Assembly: GCA_963575745.1 (NCBI GenBank)
Contig: CAUYUJ010000325.1
Span: forward strand, 434,001-498,000
Reading direction: 5' to 3'
DNA: 64,000 bases
Source: Prorocentrum cordatum
Lineage: Eukaryota
Shown here: piece by piece, positions 48,540 to 61,590 of the stretch
Layout: each line of letters starts with the position of its first letter
Numbering within the stretch: the first letter of the stretch is position 1
Translations under genes and position numbers: made by a program
Notes under the pieces: generated by a model
Database searches by the model: none
Told to the model about the DNA's origin: nothing
The model's input: the letters and a program-made list of their open reading frames with translations, nothing else

Positions 48540-51500
48540 CTAGTTGCAGAGGGCGCCCTGGGTCGCGCATACCTGCCCAATTGTCGGGCCATGCTTCCCT
48601 AGGTAGTCTGGAGCATGCGCCTGGCCCGCATCAGCCTGTTGTATATCATGCCCAGGGAAGAGACCGAATGCATCGGCGGCCTTGCTCGCCTGCGTAGTCG
48701 CAGGGCAAGATGGGAGCTCTTGGAACAGGGCTGAATTCCTGTCTTGGTCAATGACGTCGGATCCGGACAAAAAAACGCACCTTTAACTTCCTGTCTGCAT
48801 GCCCCCCAGGTAGTTCGGCGTTCTTCTCAACGGGGATAGCAAAGAGCCTGCCAATATGAAAAGTACCCCTCCCATCATTTCCCGCACCTCACTCAGCCCC
48901 ATTACTTTGCTCTGGCCCCACGTTTTGATCTCGCGCAACCTGTCTCATTCATTCCTCGAAGCGGCGGCAGCACCTTCACTGTTCGCTGTCTCGGCCTCGG
49001 TAGCCGGCCTGGCAACACAAGCAGCGCTAAAGACATCCGCAACCCACTTAGACGGGATGACGAACATATTTGTCTCATCGCATCGCTCGCAGTTGTCCGG
49101 GAATTCAATATAGCGCGGTCGCATCCCCAGTTCCTTCTCCCAGTGCTGGTAACTGCTCGCATCTCGCAACCTCAAAAAACGCGCGAGGAACGCAGCGCCT
49201 TCCGGCAGCTGCCGCACGGGTCGAGCCCGTGGTGCCCCATGCAGTCTGAGCACCAAGGTTGGCGTCGAAGTCATCGCCCATGTCGTTCATTCCCGTCGCG
49301 ACCAATATTTAATCCAGTCTTCTCTCGCAGCTCCACTGGCACCATGTGGCGCGAAAAAGAATGGGCGCTCCTCGCCCACGGTCGACATGACGCACATGAC
49401 CGGGGGTCGCGGAATAGCGATACCTATCTCTTGAAGCAAGACAGCGTTTGGGCCTGGGTCTTCGAGCCCATGGAACCCCTTTCCCTCTGCTTTAAACACG
49501 GCCAGCGCCCTTGCCCTAGCTGGGCCTCCCATCTTCCACCGCCGATCTGGATGAATACCCGGATTCGTCGAATATTTCTGCGTCCTCTTCAGCCGAGCTT
49601 TGCCGAACACAGGGCCTTTCGTTTCCGCGGTATCTGGGGCCCGGTATCGCGGGCCAGAATAGAACACCACGCGCATATGTGTCCCCATGCTCCTGCCTGT
49701 TAGTGGCAGAGGCTGACTCAGCTCTTCGCGAGTTTCGCCGACAGTGACGACGCTGCGCTCAACGTTTTCGCCCGCGTGCAGATTCTGGGCGTCTCGGGCT
49801 ATGATATGTTCAAAATTTGGTTCGCCCCTGCCTGGGGCCGCAAGAACATTTGACCGTCTTGAAATTCTGCTCTCTCTCTCTCTCTGCCAATGAACCTCCC
49901 ATCGCGCCAGTATATCGCGCAGCTCTTCGCCTGGCCCCCGCGGGCCGCGGCGAGGATGGACGGGGCCCAGAGGCCCCTTCGTCGCCCGTCGGTTCCTCGC
50001 CCACTACACGGCCGCCCACCCCGCCCCCTCGCCACGGGCAAGAGGCGGCAGCATCTCAGCCGCAGCCTCGCCCCGCTTGACGACGCGCCCCCCCCCCCGC
50101 GGACGACTAACCACCGCCCCGGGGCTTCTTCTGCTTGCCTTCACGGACATTCCCCCCGGGTAACAGATCTCCCAAGTCGACCGATGGCATCGCCATAGAC
50201 GCAGTATCATAAGCCTGTCGCAGTGGGATATGGGCAGCAACTACCAGGGGCTCGTTATCCGCCACGCCGTCTTGGCCCGTCTCGGCAACCGCCTCGACGC
50301 CGATGTCGGTCCAAATAGGTCCCGATCTTTCTCCAACAGGCCTTCGCCCACTTTCTTCACTCCCGACATAAAGTTTAGTCTTCAAGCTGTTCCAGGGGCA
50401 TACAATAATGGTCGGGGCCCACCCGCCCCCCCACGTGATGAACATAGCCAACGCAAATACTCGCTCTAGTCCGACGGCCCGTCTTCGGCCGCCCCGCGCG
50501 CGAGACTCCGGGGGCGGAAGGCGCCCCGCGGCAGAGCTGGGCGGCGCCGAGGACCCGTCAAATCAAGTACCACATCTTTTTGTCCACGCAGAACCATCCG
50601 CATCCCTTTCCTGCCCGTTGTAACACAGGCTAAAGTAAGGTGCAGCGCATACCCAGTATGGGGCCGGTAGTCCTGCCGTCGTGAGAAAGGTTCTCGCCCC
50701 GCCCCGCACGATGGTGTCGGCCGTCTCAGCTACCCAGTCATGCCTCTTGTTCGCGGGCTGTGTGGAGCCGCGAACAGTCGCGGGCTCTCTCAGAGGACGC
50801 GCGTTCAGCGACTTGCATGCCCACTTCAATTCAGGGGCCACGCCCGCGCAGATGCACCCTTACCTCTCGGTGGGCGACCTCGAATTCACAGGAAAATCAA
50901 CCACGTGCTCAGCCGACTTGTCGCGGGTGCTCTGGCTCTGTGCACAGCGGTCGCGTAGCGTCGCGCATGAGGTCTCCCCATAGTGGCCTCGAGAGCTCAT
51001 CGGCCGCGAACCAGTGGTCCATGGTGCACAGGCCGCCAGACTTCTCCGGCTCCGAATATGGTCGCATCTGCTTGTGAGCCTCGTTTTTCGTCTGCCGCGG
51101 TTGCGTCCTCAACGTCTCTGCCCGCTGGCATGTAGAGCAGAACGGGTCTTTTGGCACATGAGTGAGCAGGTGCTAGCGTGATACGGCCTCCCGTTGAAGA
51201 CGTTCGTACATCGTCGCCCCCTTCAGGTCCTGCGTCCCCCATTGGGCCATCGCCAGGAACGTCAACTACCTCCGCGGCCCCTGGCCACCCAGGCACTGCA
51301 TCGTCGACTTAATCTTCTTCACCTGGCGCAGACACCACCATCGCGCGACAGGGCGCAGCCTGGCCCACGTCCCGGCCATAGCACCGTGCACATTCAACAT
51401 ACCTGCATCCCGGCACCAGCGCCTTGGTAGCTCTTCCGCTAACAAAACCTGTGTCCGTCTTCGTCCACCCTTGTTTCGCTGCTTCGTGGGGCTCATAGTA

Positions 51501-54400
51501 GATGTGGGTGAGCACATCAGACTGCGGCGCCAGTGCGCCGCCCGTGGCCAGAAGTCCCAAAGCGCCGTCCGTCTGGATGTCGATCTTGCCATTCGAGCCG
51601 GAATCTTCTGCCATCACCTTTCGCGAGCGCAACTCCAGGGTTGCGCGGTGCCTGAGCGCCTGGGGCCACCCAGCGCGCCAGGGTCATCCAGGCTAGACCT
51701 CGCACCGACCCCCACGCGCGCCCACCGCTCAGGCCCAGATGAGCTGGCGGGGGCTGCCTCGCCCACTCGACCCAAGGCCCCCCCTCTGCCATTCATGGCA
51801 CGGTAGGGAATCGCCCCCTCGACTGAGAGGTCCAACCGTCTTCCCTGTGGACTTAGTAGGCACGGCAATCTGCCATTCACCCAATAGAAGCGGCAACCGC
51901 GGCCCATGCAGAGGTCGCCAAATGACGTCGCGCATGGAGCTTCCGGCGTGACGATTGCTTCCATCCCCCCATTGTTCAGCTTGTCGCTGGCGACCTTGAT
52001 CGCGCCGAAGGCCCCAGACTGTCCGCCCGCCGCATTCAGGGCGATGGGGGCGACCAGTGGCGAGGTCCTGTCAACCACCCCTGCTTCTTGCAAGTACTTG
52101 ACGGAGATCAGGTTCGAACCGCGTCGACGATGAACCTCGCGGATCCAAGACGAACGGCGCCCGACTCATTGCCCCTCTCGGCCTTCCGCTGCCCCCTAGC
52201 AGGCACGGCAGCGACCTCGTCGCCATCGCGTCCACTGCTGGCGCCACTGAGCTCACCATCGAACTGCTGCCCCCAGCCAGTCCACATGCGCCAGACTTCT
52301 TGCTCTAGCGCCACAGTTTCATCGAATGCCAGCTGCGCGTGACTCCCCACCTTTCGCGTGCGCTTCTCAGCCCACTGAGGGTGACACTCAACAGGTTCCC
52401 CCCGCGTACTTTGCATCGACTCGGTTACCCTTGTCTTCGGTCGGAGGATCCAACTGGCTGGATGCGGCGATTTCTCGGGCGCTGCGCTGGATACGCCGCG
52501 CCAGCGCATGCGCGGCGATCTGCTGGATGCGCCGCGCATGCGCTGGCGCGGCCAGGCCACTGCGGGCGCGCCCATTCGCGCGGACGTCCGCACTCTGCCC
52601 ACCCACGCGAGAATATCGCCCGAAGGCTGGCACCCCGCCGATTGGCGGCGCTGGGGCTCCTGATCCAGCGCGGAAAACTGCGGGAGCGGCAGATATGGGC
52701 ACTCCCACCGTCAAGGCAAAACAGCAGCAATCAACTTCAGCCCGGCCCCGCCCAGGCCGACGCCGGCGACGCAGTCGCCGCGCGCCGGCCTTCGCGGTCA
52801 CGGGCGCCCAGGGGCGCCGCCCCTGCCCCACCAGCATTGGCGTGACTTTCTGGCCAAGTGCCTCCAGCATTGTTGCTTCTCCTTGGTTTTTTCGCGCCCC
52901 ATTCGCCGCGCCCTTGCCGCTGCCTTGCGCGGGCGCGGCGTTCTTCTTCGCATTCTGCGCCGCGGCTGACATCTGGCCCTCGCTGCGCTTGTCGGGGGGG
53001 GAGGGGGGGGGCATTGTCAATCTTGCCCACGCGCGCCTCGCACTTATCGCGCGAGAGCTTCTCCTTCGGCGTAGCTCGACGATGATAGCGAGAGCATTCC
53101 TCCGAAGACAAAGGGCAATATCCACGACCAAAATGCACGGCGCAAGCAAGTTTTCTTGGAGTTGACACTGGAGGCGCGGCCCTGTGAACGACAAGGGTCC
53201 ATGCCGCCACCTTGGGAGCGATCGGAATGGCGCTCTCGGCTCCTCCCGCGATCGCTGCCCTCGCCCCTTTCCACCGCCTGTCTCTGCATCCTTCTTCTCT
53301 GCGCCGCTCTTTCCGCCGCCCTTGCCCGACTGGGCGGGCGCGGCCTGGGCCAAGGCGGCGGGGCCCCCGCGCCCCTTCGGGCGCCGGTGCTGACGCCGCG
53401 CTCGAGTGCACGGGCATTTGCCCTTCAGAGACTGGTTGCATGGTACTGACTTATTGAGGCGACCGTCCTTCGCGCATAGATATTGGCCGCCTTCGCCCGC
53501 GCGCCCCCCCCCTTCGCCGCCCTTCTCGCCCCCCGCGGGAAGACCGCGGGAGTTCGACATTCCCCGCTGCTTTTCACGATTGATCTGCCCTCTTTCGTTG
53601 CGCATGAAACCACTGGCCCCCGACGGCAACCCTTCGTAGGTCTTCGCGCCGGCACCGCGATCATCGCTGCAATGGTCATTGAGCACAAGGGTGAACTGCA
53701 TGCGCGGGCACATCTGCATTTGGCGGTAGAAATGTTCTTGTATTTCGGGGCGTAAGGAGGCGTCCATTTCCACCATGCCGATGAGTGCCCTCGCCCATTT
53801 ATCGTAGAAATGGAACAAGTCGGCGCCCGCCTCCCTGCCCGCATTGCGGTTCTCTATTTCCATGAGATCCATGCACGTGCACACCTGACCCTGATCCTGG
53901 CGGGGTCACATGCACGGCAATGGTGCGCAATATTCTTGACACTCCATCATGCCCCTATCGCTTTGCGAGGCGATGTCCAGGCGTTCGATCTCAGTCGCAA
54001 GATAACGTACATGCAATGATGACTGCCGGCCAGTGACGACCATGTTAATCTTCGACATGAGGTCAGCTGCGATCGCCATGTCAAGCGGGATGAGATGGCC
54101 TGAGCCGCTCATCTCACATTCGCACGCACGTTTTAATGTCAGAAATGTCCGTTCTCCAACTAACAGCCCCCTCACAAGTCGGCGAAAAGGATACCACCGC
54201 CCCGGCGACATTGCGCCGCCACCGCTGGTAGTTGGCAACATCAAGCATCGCTTCCAAGCCTATCTTCTTTGTTCTGCCTGCGTCGTTCCAGCATTTCGCA
54301 GCGGCTGGGGCAAGGTCCATCAACGAGAATGGAGGGCCATCGCCGCCGCCGCCGCCCCCTGGCGGGCCACCTCCAGGCGGTCCTCCGCCACGCCGGCGCC
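48540..54400 (-). mobile_element. Heavily decayed Copia-type LTR retrotransposon (a different lineage from A/B), truncated in RT
   Basis: Gag-like QEHFYRQMQMCP (about 53700). Protease-region ALNAAGG...SFGDLCMGRGCRFYW...LSVEGAIPY (51800-52050). Integrase zinc finger HLLTHVPKDPFCSTCQRA (51120-51172) and core GARTFLTTAGLPAPYW. RT start ACVARP...E*DRLREIKTW...ALFQELPSCPAT...IQQADAGQA (48600-49030). Confidence 0.75.
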
Positions 54401-55830
54401 GGCAATCTGGATTGCCATGTCCTTGTCCGCCGGGCGCTGCATGCCCGTCGCCACGGGAGACGTCGCCATCATTCTCGATTGCCACATCACCATCATCTCC
54501 GCCGCCATCGCCAGGAGGGCCTGAACCAGGGTGCTACGGCATTGGCGCCTGCCTCGGGGGTGCCGCCTCATTATCCTTATCTTTCCGTTTGAATTTGGAT
54601 TCCAACGTGGGTCTGTTAGTATAGAGAGGGCCATGAAACAAACGTTGCAACACATATTCTGCGTATCTGTGCATACGCGGCCTGGCAAACCGGGGCGGCA
54701 TCATCGCGACGCCAAGGGGCGTCGCGGACTCGAGCCTTTGGCCTTGAAGCACGAAGCGCACGATTACCCATCTCATGAAGTTCTGCAACCAGTCACTGTG
54801 TTCTGGGGGTGCATTGACACGCAAAAACACTGTTCAACGAATCGTTAGCTGGCGCCCGCCTCGAACTCATGCCCCACCCCCCGCCTCTTCCAAATATCCC
54901 TTCGCTGTGGCCCCACCCTCCCCATGCCCCTCCGAATGCCCCGGTCCTCATCATGCGTCCTTCATCCACATTGCCCCCCCCCCCCATGCACCAATTCACG
55001 TCGTTCCTCGTCGTCCTCCTGCGCCAGATTTGTTCCCCCATCGCCCGCGTGCCTGCCCTCCTCCCATCCTCTACGCCCTAGTGCACATCATGCCCCTAAC
55101 TTCTGCCCCCCGCCCACCTCCCTCGCCCTCGTGATGCTGGCACCGATGGTGCAGATCCGCCTGGGCTCATTTCCTCCGCTCTCGCCCAGTCCCGTTCATC
55201 CTTGGCCCCTCGGCCACCCCTCCTATCGAACCGCCTCCCCACAGCCCACAACCCCCACCCCTCCGCGCCTTTGCGCGCCCAGACAACGGCCCCCTCCTGG
55301 GCCAGCCGGGAGACCCGCGGAACCCCCCGCCCACAGACCACTCCAGCGAACGGCGCGCAACACATGCACAGTTGGAGACACGCATTGCGCCCCCCTGTAC
55401 CAGCCGGAAGAGATACGCGAAAGTTCCCGCCCATTCAACACCACCCACGAGGGACACACTCCAAATGCACAGATGGGAACGAGATCTGCGCACACAGATC
55501 ACACCACGATCTGTGCAAACAGCGGGCCCACACACGAAAATACACAGTTGAAGACACAAGCTGTGTACACAGATCACACCTTGATCTGTGCATTTCGAAA
55601 AGGCAAGCGCTCGCCACCTCGAGGGCGCCCCGACTTTGCCAGCCCAGAACCGAGGTTGACGCGCCCAGCTGGGGAGGAATGCAAATGCGCACTTCCCCGG
55701 CCCAGGGCGCCCCCGAGAGAAACGCAAATGCACGCTTCCCTGGCCCAGGGCGGCCGCGGTGCAACGCGGCGCCAAGGCGGCCCCCAACGGCCCGAAGACG
55801 CCCCATAAGGCCGCGAAGGACCCCGAGGAA

Positions 55831-55831
<1 letters not shown>

Positions 55832-55870
<39 letters not shown>
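55832..55870 (+). repeat. Poly-A tract (~39 nt), possible retroposed 3' tail
   Basis: Direct reading. Confidence 0.7.
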
Positions 55871-55872
<2 letters not shown>

Positions 55873-58800
55873 AGAGATGCCGCGTGTCATGGACCTCTTA
55901 ACAGTCAAAGCTCCACGCGTCGCCACATAGACCACTGCTCTGGCGAGGGGGCGGGCCTTGCCGCAGGCGCCTATAATTTGCACGTTAGCGATGCGACTGT
56001 GCTCGGCGGCCGTGCCGCCCGCATTTTGGGTGCGCCCCGAACTCTCGCATAGGCAATCCCCTCTGTCTGGTTGCGCCGCTGTGCTCGGATATCGGAAAAG
56101 CATTCACCGCCGACGCGGGCACGCGGCGCCAGGGACTTCACTTCTCGAACAAGGAGGGCGGGCGAGGTAGGACGACGGACGGTGGAGCAGGGAGGCAAAG
56201 AGGAACGAGGAATAACAAGGGTGGTGGGAAGGGGCGCCCCCCCGCCCGAGCCGCGGGCGCTTTCGACGCCATCCAGAGGAGGGAAGACAAGAAAGGGAGC
56301 GGAGCAAGGGCGAGGACGACGACGGGGAGCAAAGTGTCCCGGGTCCGCACGCAGCCACGCGTCTGCGATTCGGGCGCGCGCGCTTTCTTCGAGGCATTTC
56401 AAGCCGGACCCATGCTAAATTCACGAATTCTTCAAAACTGTGTAAACACTCTGTCCTCTGTTCCCTCTCCTATACAACGGCCCCATAACAGAGGGGCAGT
56501 GGATTCCAAGTTGGAATGCGCCTGGCAAGCCCGCCGGCGCCGGAAGCGCGCATCTAGCCGCGCCGGCGCAAGCTGCCCCCGATTTGGAATTTGCCTGGGT
56601 GGCAGCCGCCTCGGCCCTTTCCTCGCGCATCTCCTGGAATTCCACCTTGCGTTGAACGCGCATCCTGGCGCTTTCCCCTTCCGCGCTGCATTGCCTGCGC
56701 GAGCTTTCCCATGGCCCCCCCATGATCGGCCCTCGCGGCTTCTTCAAACTCAGCCCCCTTCGACTCAACGCTCTCGGCCCGGCAACCATCGCTTCCCGAG
56801 GCGCGGCCCCAGGCGCGAGCGGGCCGAAGCGAGAGGTCGCGCGAGGCCGCCCTCGGCGCGCGCGCACCGGCACTTTGTTCCTGGAGTTTCTTCATTGTCT
56901 AACGTTCTTCGCTTTCTTGCCACAAAAATCCCTTTCGGATTCGTTCTTCCGAGCTGCCGAGCCCTTTCCGCGGCAACGCGCGCGCGTCTCTCCAGCCCGC
57001 GCGAGGTGGTCGCCACGCGCGCCTTCAGCGCACAGTGGGCAATCGCGGGTAGCCACAGTGGAACGCAGATAACGCCGCAGACCTCCCGTATGAAGATTCC
57101 GACCCGAGTTCCCCCGTGCGGCTGGTCGCCCGGCAACGGTCGGCGCCGACGAACGCTTCAGAATCCGCAGCCGCGCTCGCCTGGGTCGCCGACACGGCGC
57201 CTGGCGATGTCGCCGAAGAGGCTCCGATGGGATGCCGCTGAGTCTGGCGCTGATCAAGCTTGCGACACAGACTGCCCCGCCCTGCTTCCCGCCTCATCAC
57301 CGCGCGGGCAGCCTCCAACTCCGCCGATTGAGTCTGCGCCTCGGCTTTCTCCTCAGCGATCACCTCAACTCGTCGCATTTCCTCGCGAGCGCGCAGCATC
57401 TCGGCCTTGGAACGAGCGCGGCTCCCATCCGCGACGAGTCGTTTCGTCTGTCTGCTGAATAGCAGCGGCAGCCTCTGCACTCCTTCGCGGCTCGTGACAA
57501 ATTCGCCCGCTGAGCTTCACCGGGCCCCCGGGCGGCGCGCCTCGCCTTCTCTGCGAGATGCTTCTCCTGGAGATGGGCTTGGCGCTCGGAGGCCGCGGCG
57601 TGCTCTAGCCTATCGGCGAGCTCCCTCATTTCCTTTGTCGGGGCACAAGCCGCTGAACTGCCGTCGCCGCCTGTTGGCGCTCTCCCAGGCATCGCGAGGC
57701 GCTCGCCGTGGCCCCCCGGTCTCGCCCCAACTGTCTCTCGGCGCCCCTCTCGCGGGAAGAACGGGCGCGCGAATCAAGCGCCCCAGCGTCGAGGTCCACC
57801 GCGGGGGCCCCAGAGCAGCCCCCCGGCTATCTCCCTGGGGCGGACGCAGGGCGGTGCCCCGGGACGTCGCCAGATCTACTTCGTTTCCCGAGTGGCGAGG
57901 TCATCGAAAGACTAATAGGCTCTCAAGTCTACGCCTGCTCGTCGTCCATGCGGAGACACCCAAGAATTCCTCATCTATGATATCCTCCACATTCCGTTCC
58001 AGAGGATCAGCAGATGGCATCGCGGCATCTCCGCCGCGCGTGAACGGCACCTGCGCAAGGGGGTTGTTGGAGATCACCCACTGGATCGGGAGACTCTCGG
58101 TCATGGGCCTCGTCTCCCCCATCGTATGGCCCCTGATCATCATGGAAACCATTTGGCTTGGGCATTGACCTGCGTGAGAAATTCACCCGGTGAAATGGCC
58201 TCCACATCGTGGTCGCCGTCCGAGAGGCGCTTGGAAGCATCCGCCTGGTCGTAAAGCGGGGCTCAAGGCCCCCTTCATCATATCCGTCTCGGTCGTATCG
58301 AGTGGCGCCCTTGATCTTCGGAACACCAGGACGAGGCTCGTTATCGAACGAGAGATTCCAGCTGATCTTGGTAAATGAACGTTGGACTCATTTCCCGACA
58401 TAGTCACAAGAAACGTGCTCGGGAACATCCACGCGCAAGCCATGGCGTGATCCTTTCGTTAGGACGTACATCATCTTTGGATGGGTGGAACATAGTTCCC
58501 TCATCTGGTCCAACCACTTTCGTCGAAGACAGGGATTTCAGCTGATAGCCCGTATTTTGCACAGTCGTTGTTTAAATTATCTCTTTCTTGACCATGTAGA
58601 TAAGCCAACTATGATCATGCTCGTCTCGTAGTTATCCATCCGAATCTTCTTCAGGAAGCAGTCTCTTACCCTGGTTAATTTCCAACGTAGGCGATGTATC
58701 CCTCGATGCCATGGCCCAACGATTGTGGTAGTGTGTTCGTTAAACTTGGGCTAACAACGCAATAAAAGAGGGGCGGTAGGCAACGGAGAGCGCCCGGGAG

Positions 58801-58954
58801 GGCGCGCGCGCCAGGCGGGCGGGCCGCGATCCTTTTTATGTGGGCCAACCCACAACAGTTGCGTCGAGACTGTAGGTCAGAAGTGGGCACGGGGGGATGA
58901 TTAAATCAACTCCCCCCTTGTCCCAAGAGTCATCGTGAATTGGGGTCGGGGCTT

Positions 58955-59180
58955 TTGTGGAACGGAACCCTCTTTACCGAACGGAGGATTCGTAGAACGG
59001 GCCCGTTTGTGCATGGGCCAGGGGCCTTCGTAAAACGGGCCCCTCATGGAAGTTTTTGTGGAACGAGGCCCTTTTTGTGGGGCCTGTGGAACGGGCCCTC
59101 GTTGTGGAACGGGGCCTGTGGAAAGAGCCAAATTGTGAAATGAATGGCCGTTGTGGAACGAGGCCCTCTGTGGAACGGGC
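58955..59180. repeat. Degenerate (tgtggaacgggccc)n minisatellite
   Basis: About 7 copies of the gtggaacg core. Confidence 0.8.
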
Positions 59181-59519
59181 GCAGGTCCGCACAGGTCTGC
59201 GCAGATCTCCTGCCGCAATGGCAAATCCGTTCAGAATCGGTCCCCGAACCCCTGTCTCTCCCCCCCCCCTTCCTGCCATCCCTTTTCCTGCCCGCCGGAC
59301 CCGGCGGAACCGGTGCTTGGGCCACTTCGGCACCACTCGGGCGCACGCTAACATGGATTAGGGATCTGCGGATCTGGCGTGTGGTCGCCAGATTCGTGGA
59401 TCGGGGAAGGCAACACCGAAACATGGCGCCGATGCCGCCCGATTTGGTGGCGGAGCGCGCCAATTCAGTATGGAAGCGGACACCGTCGCTAATCCACGCG
59501 CCTGAATCCATGCTTGCGC

Positions 59520-59798
59520 TTCCTCGACCCACATCCGGCTCCAAGGCTGGGACCCCTGCAGCGCGCCAAGCGCGGCCCCGAAGCCGACGGCGTCGGGGCG
59601 GAGCCGGGCGCCGCGAGCGCGCTCGAGGCACCAGAGCGCGCCCGCCCAGTGGGCGCCCCGCTGGCAGGCGCCCGCGGCAACGTTGCAGGCGGCGGCGTCT
59701 GGCCGCACCCGGAGGCTTTCCAGGCGCGGCCCGAGCAGCTCCAGCGCCAGCGGCCACGCCGTGCCCCGGCCGCAGGCGTCGGCGGCGGCGCTCAGCGC
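59520..59798 (-). CDS. Pentatricopeptide-repeat (PPR) exon, about 2.5 repeats
   Basis: AG|G acceptor at 59799/59798. ALSAAADACGRGTAWPLALELL...VRPDAAACNVAAGACQRGAHWAGALWCLE...LRPDAVGFGAALGAL shows ~35-aa periodicity. The 3' boundary is approximate. Confidence 0.8.
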
Positions 59799-61369
59799 CT
59801 TGTGAGACGAAGCCAAAACAGATACTTAAGTCTGACCACAATAGCTCGGCGGCTCTAGACGATTTATCGGGCGCCGAAGCCGTTCAAGAGAGCTGCGAAA
59901 CGCTCGGACAGCGTCTAGAACGCTCCCAGAGCGATTTATCCGTCCTAGCCCCGCCTGACCTTCAGGTCCGGCGACCGCAGTCTGTCGAAACCGCCATCGG
60001 CCGCAGCTCGTTGCGGCCGACCCCAGGCGCGGGAGGACGAACGGCGGCGGAAACAACGGCGACGGCGGAAAGCGGCGCCGACGGCGGCGGCGGCGCCAGC
60101 GGCGACGACGGCGGATGGGCGGTGGAGACGGCGATTTTTGTCCGTCCTCTCCTTCCTCCTGCGGCTACGACAGAGGATGGGTGACGGCGACGGCGACTCA
60201 CTCCTCCTTTTCCTCCTCCTCCTCCTCCTCCTCCTCCTCCTCCTCCTCCACCTCCTCCTTTCCTCCTTCTCCCCCTCCTCTCATGAAAACAACACCCCCT
60301 TGTCGCACCCCAATCCGGCCAGAAGGGCGGGCTGGGCGTTCCGCCTTAGACTTCCGTGCCACTTACGAACCTGCAATTTATGTGGCCACTGGCAACTGGC
60401 AGCAGTTTCACACATGGAGGGCGGGTGGTTTGCAAAATGTGGGTCTCGCTGTAGCGCCGCGCGCTTTCACTTCAAACATTTGCAACAGCTTCAAGGATTG
60501 AAGGCGGGTGGCATTCAAAATGTGGTTATCGCCTTTGCGCCGCGAGCATTTGATGTACCAAACTGCAGGGGTTTTGCGGATTGAGGGAGGATGGTTTTCA
60601 AAATGTGGCTCTCGCTTAAATGCCACGCACATTCGTTTTAAACATGTGCAAACACTTCACGGATCGAGGGCGGTTCCGTTTTCACTGCTGTTTTCGCCCA
60701 AACTCCGCGCACATTCGTTTTCAACGTATGCCAAAGACTTGCGGATTCGAAAGGTTTGCCGTGCTCTAGCGAATCAAGACTGTCGAGGCGCAGCACTTAC
60801 AGTGATTCTCGGTGTTGAATCCCAAAAGTGATGTTCCAGCTCGCCAAGACGCAACAGGTCAGGTTGACCCATGGCGTCGAAGTCCAAACAATGGTGCTTT
60901 GGCACGTTTCATAATTGTCGCACGGTTGTCTCTATACGAGGCTCGTCCCTAAGTGGAGATGGGCCCTTGTATGGGGCATATGAAGATAGAGCTCGGAAAA
61001 AGTGTGTCCCAACACTGGTGATGTGCCCTGGGTCTACGCTGGTCATCCTCCTCCTCGTCCTCCTCTGCCTCCTCCTGTTTTCCTCCTCTTCCTCTCATGT
61101 TCCTCCTCCTCCTTTTCCTGCTCCTTTTCCTCCTCCTCCTCCTCCGCCCATTTCTTCCTCACCCCATCCACCATTCCCTCGGGGCCGCGGAGCCGCCGCC
61201 GAAGGCGCACCCCACAGTTCCACCGACCACGCCCACTCGGACGCGTGGCCTCGGAGCGCGCGACGCGCGACGGGCGCCACCACGTGCGACTGCGCAACGG
61301 CGATCGGCGGCGACCCGGCGGCGATTCACACCGCTGGGCGGCTGGGAGGGGGAGCGGGGGGGGGAGTGG

Positions 61370-61590
61370 GAAGAGGAGGAGGAGGAGGAGGAGGAGGAGG
61401 AGGAGGAGGAGGACGAGGAGGAGGAGGAGGCGGGAGAGGAGGAGGAGGAGGCGGGAGAGGAGGAGGAGGGGAAGAAGGAAAAGGAGGAGGAGGAGGATGA
61501 AAAGGGAGGTGGAGGAGGAGGAGGAGGAGGAGGAGCAGGAGGAGGAGCAGGAGGAGAAGGAGGAGGAGGAGGAGGGAAGGAGGAGGATCC
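61370..61590. repeat. (GGA)n microsatellite
   Basis: Direct reading. Confidence 0.95.

Noticed and set aside
54850..54866. tggcgccc as a tRNA-Lys PBS for the decayed Copia
   Set aside because: It is on the wrong strand relative to the element, and no LTR pair was identified.
58255..58270. ggctcaag as an SL relic
   Set aside because: Only 8 nt match and the upstream CCATTTT is missing, so it is expected by chance.
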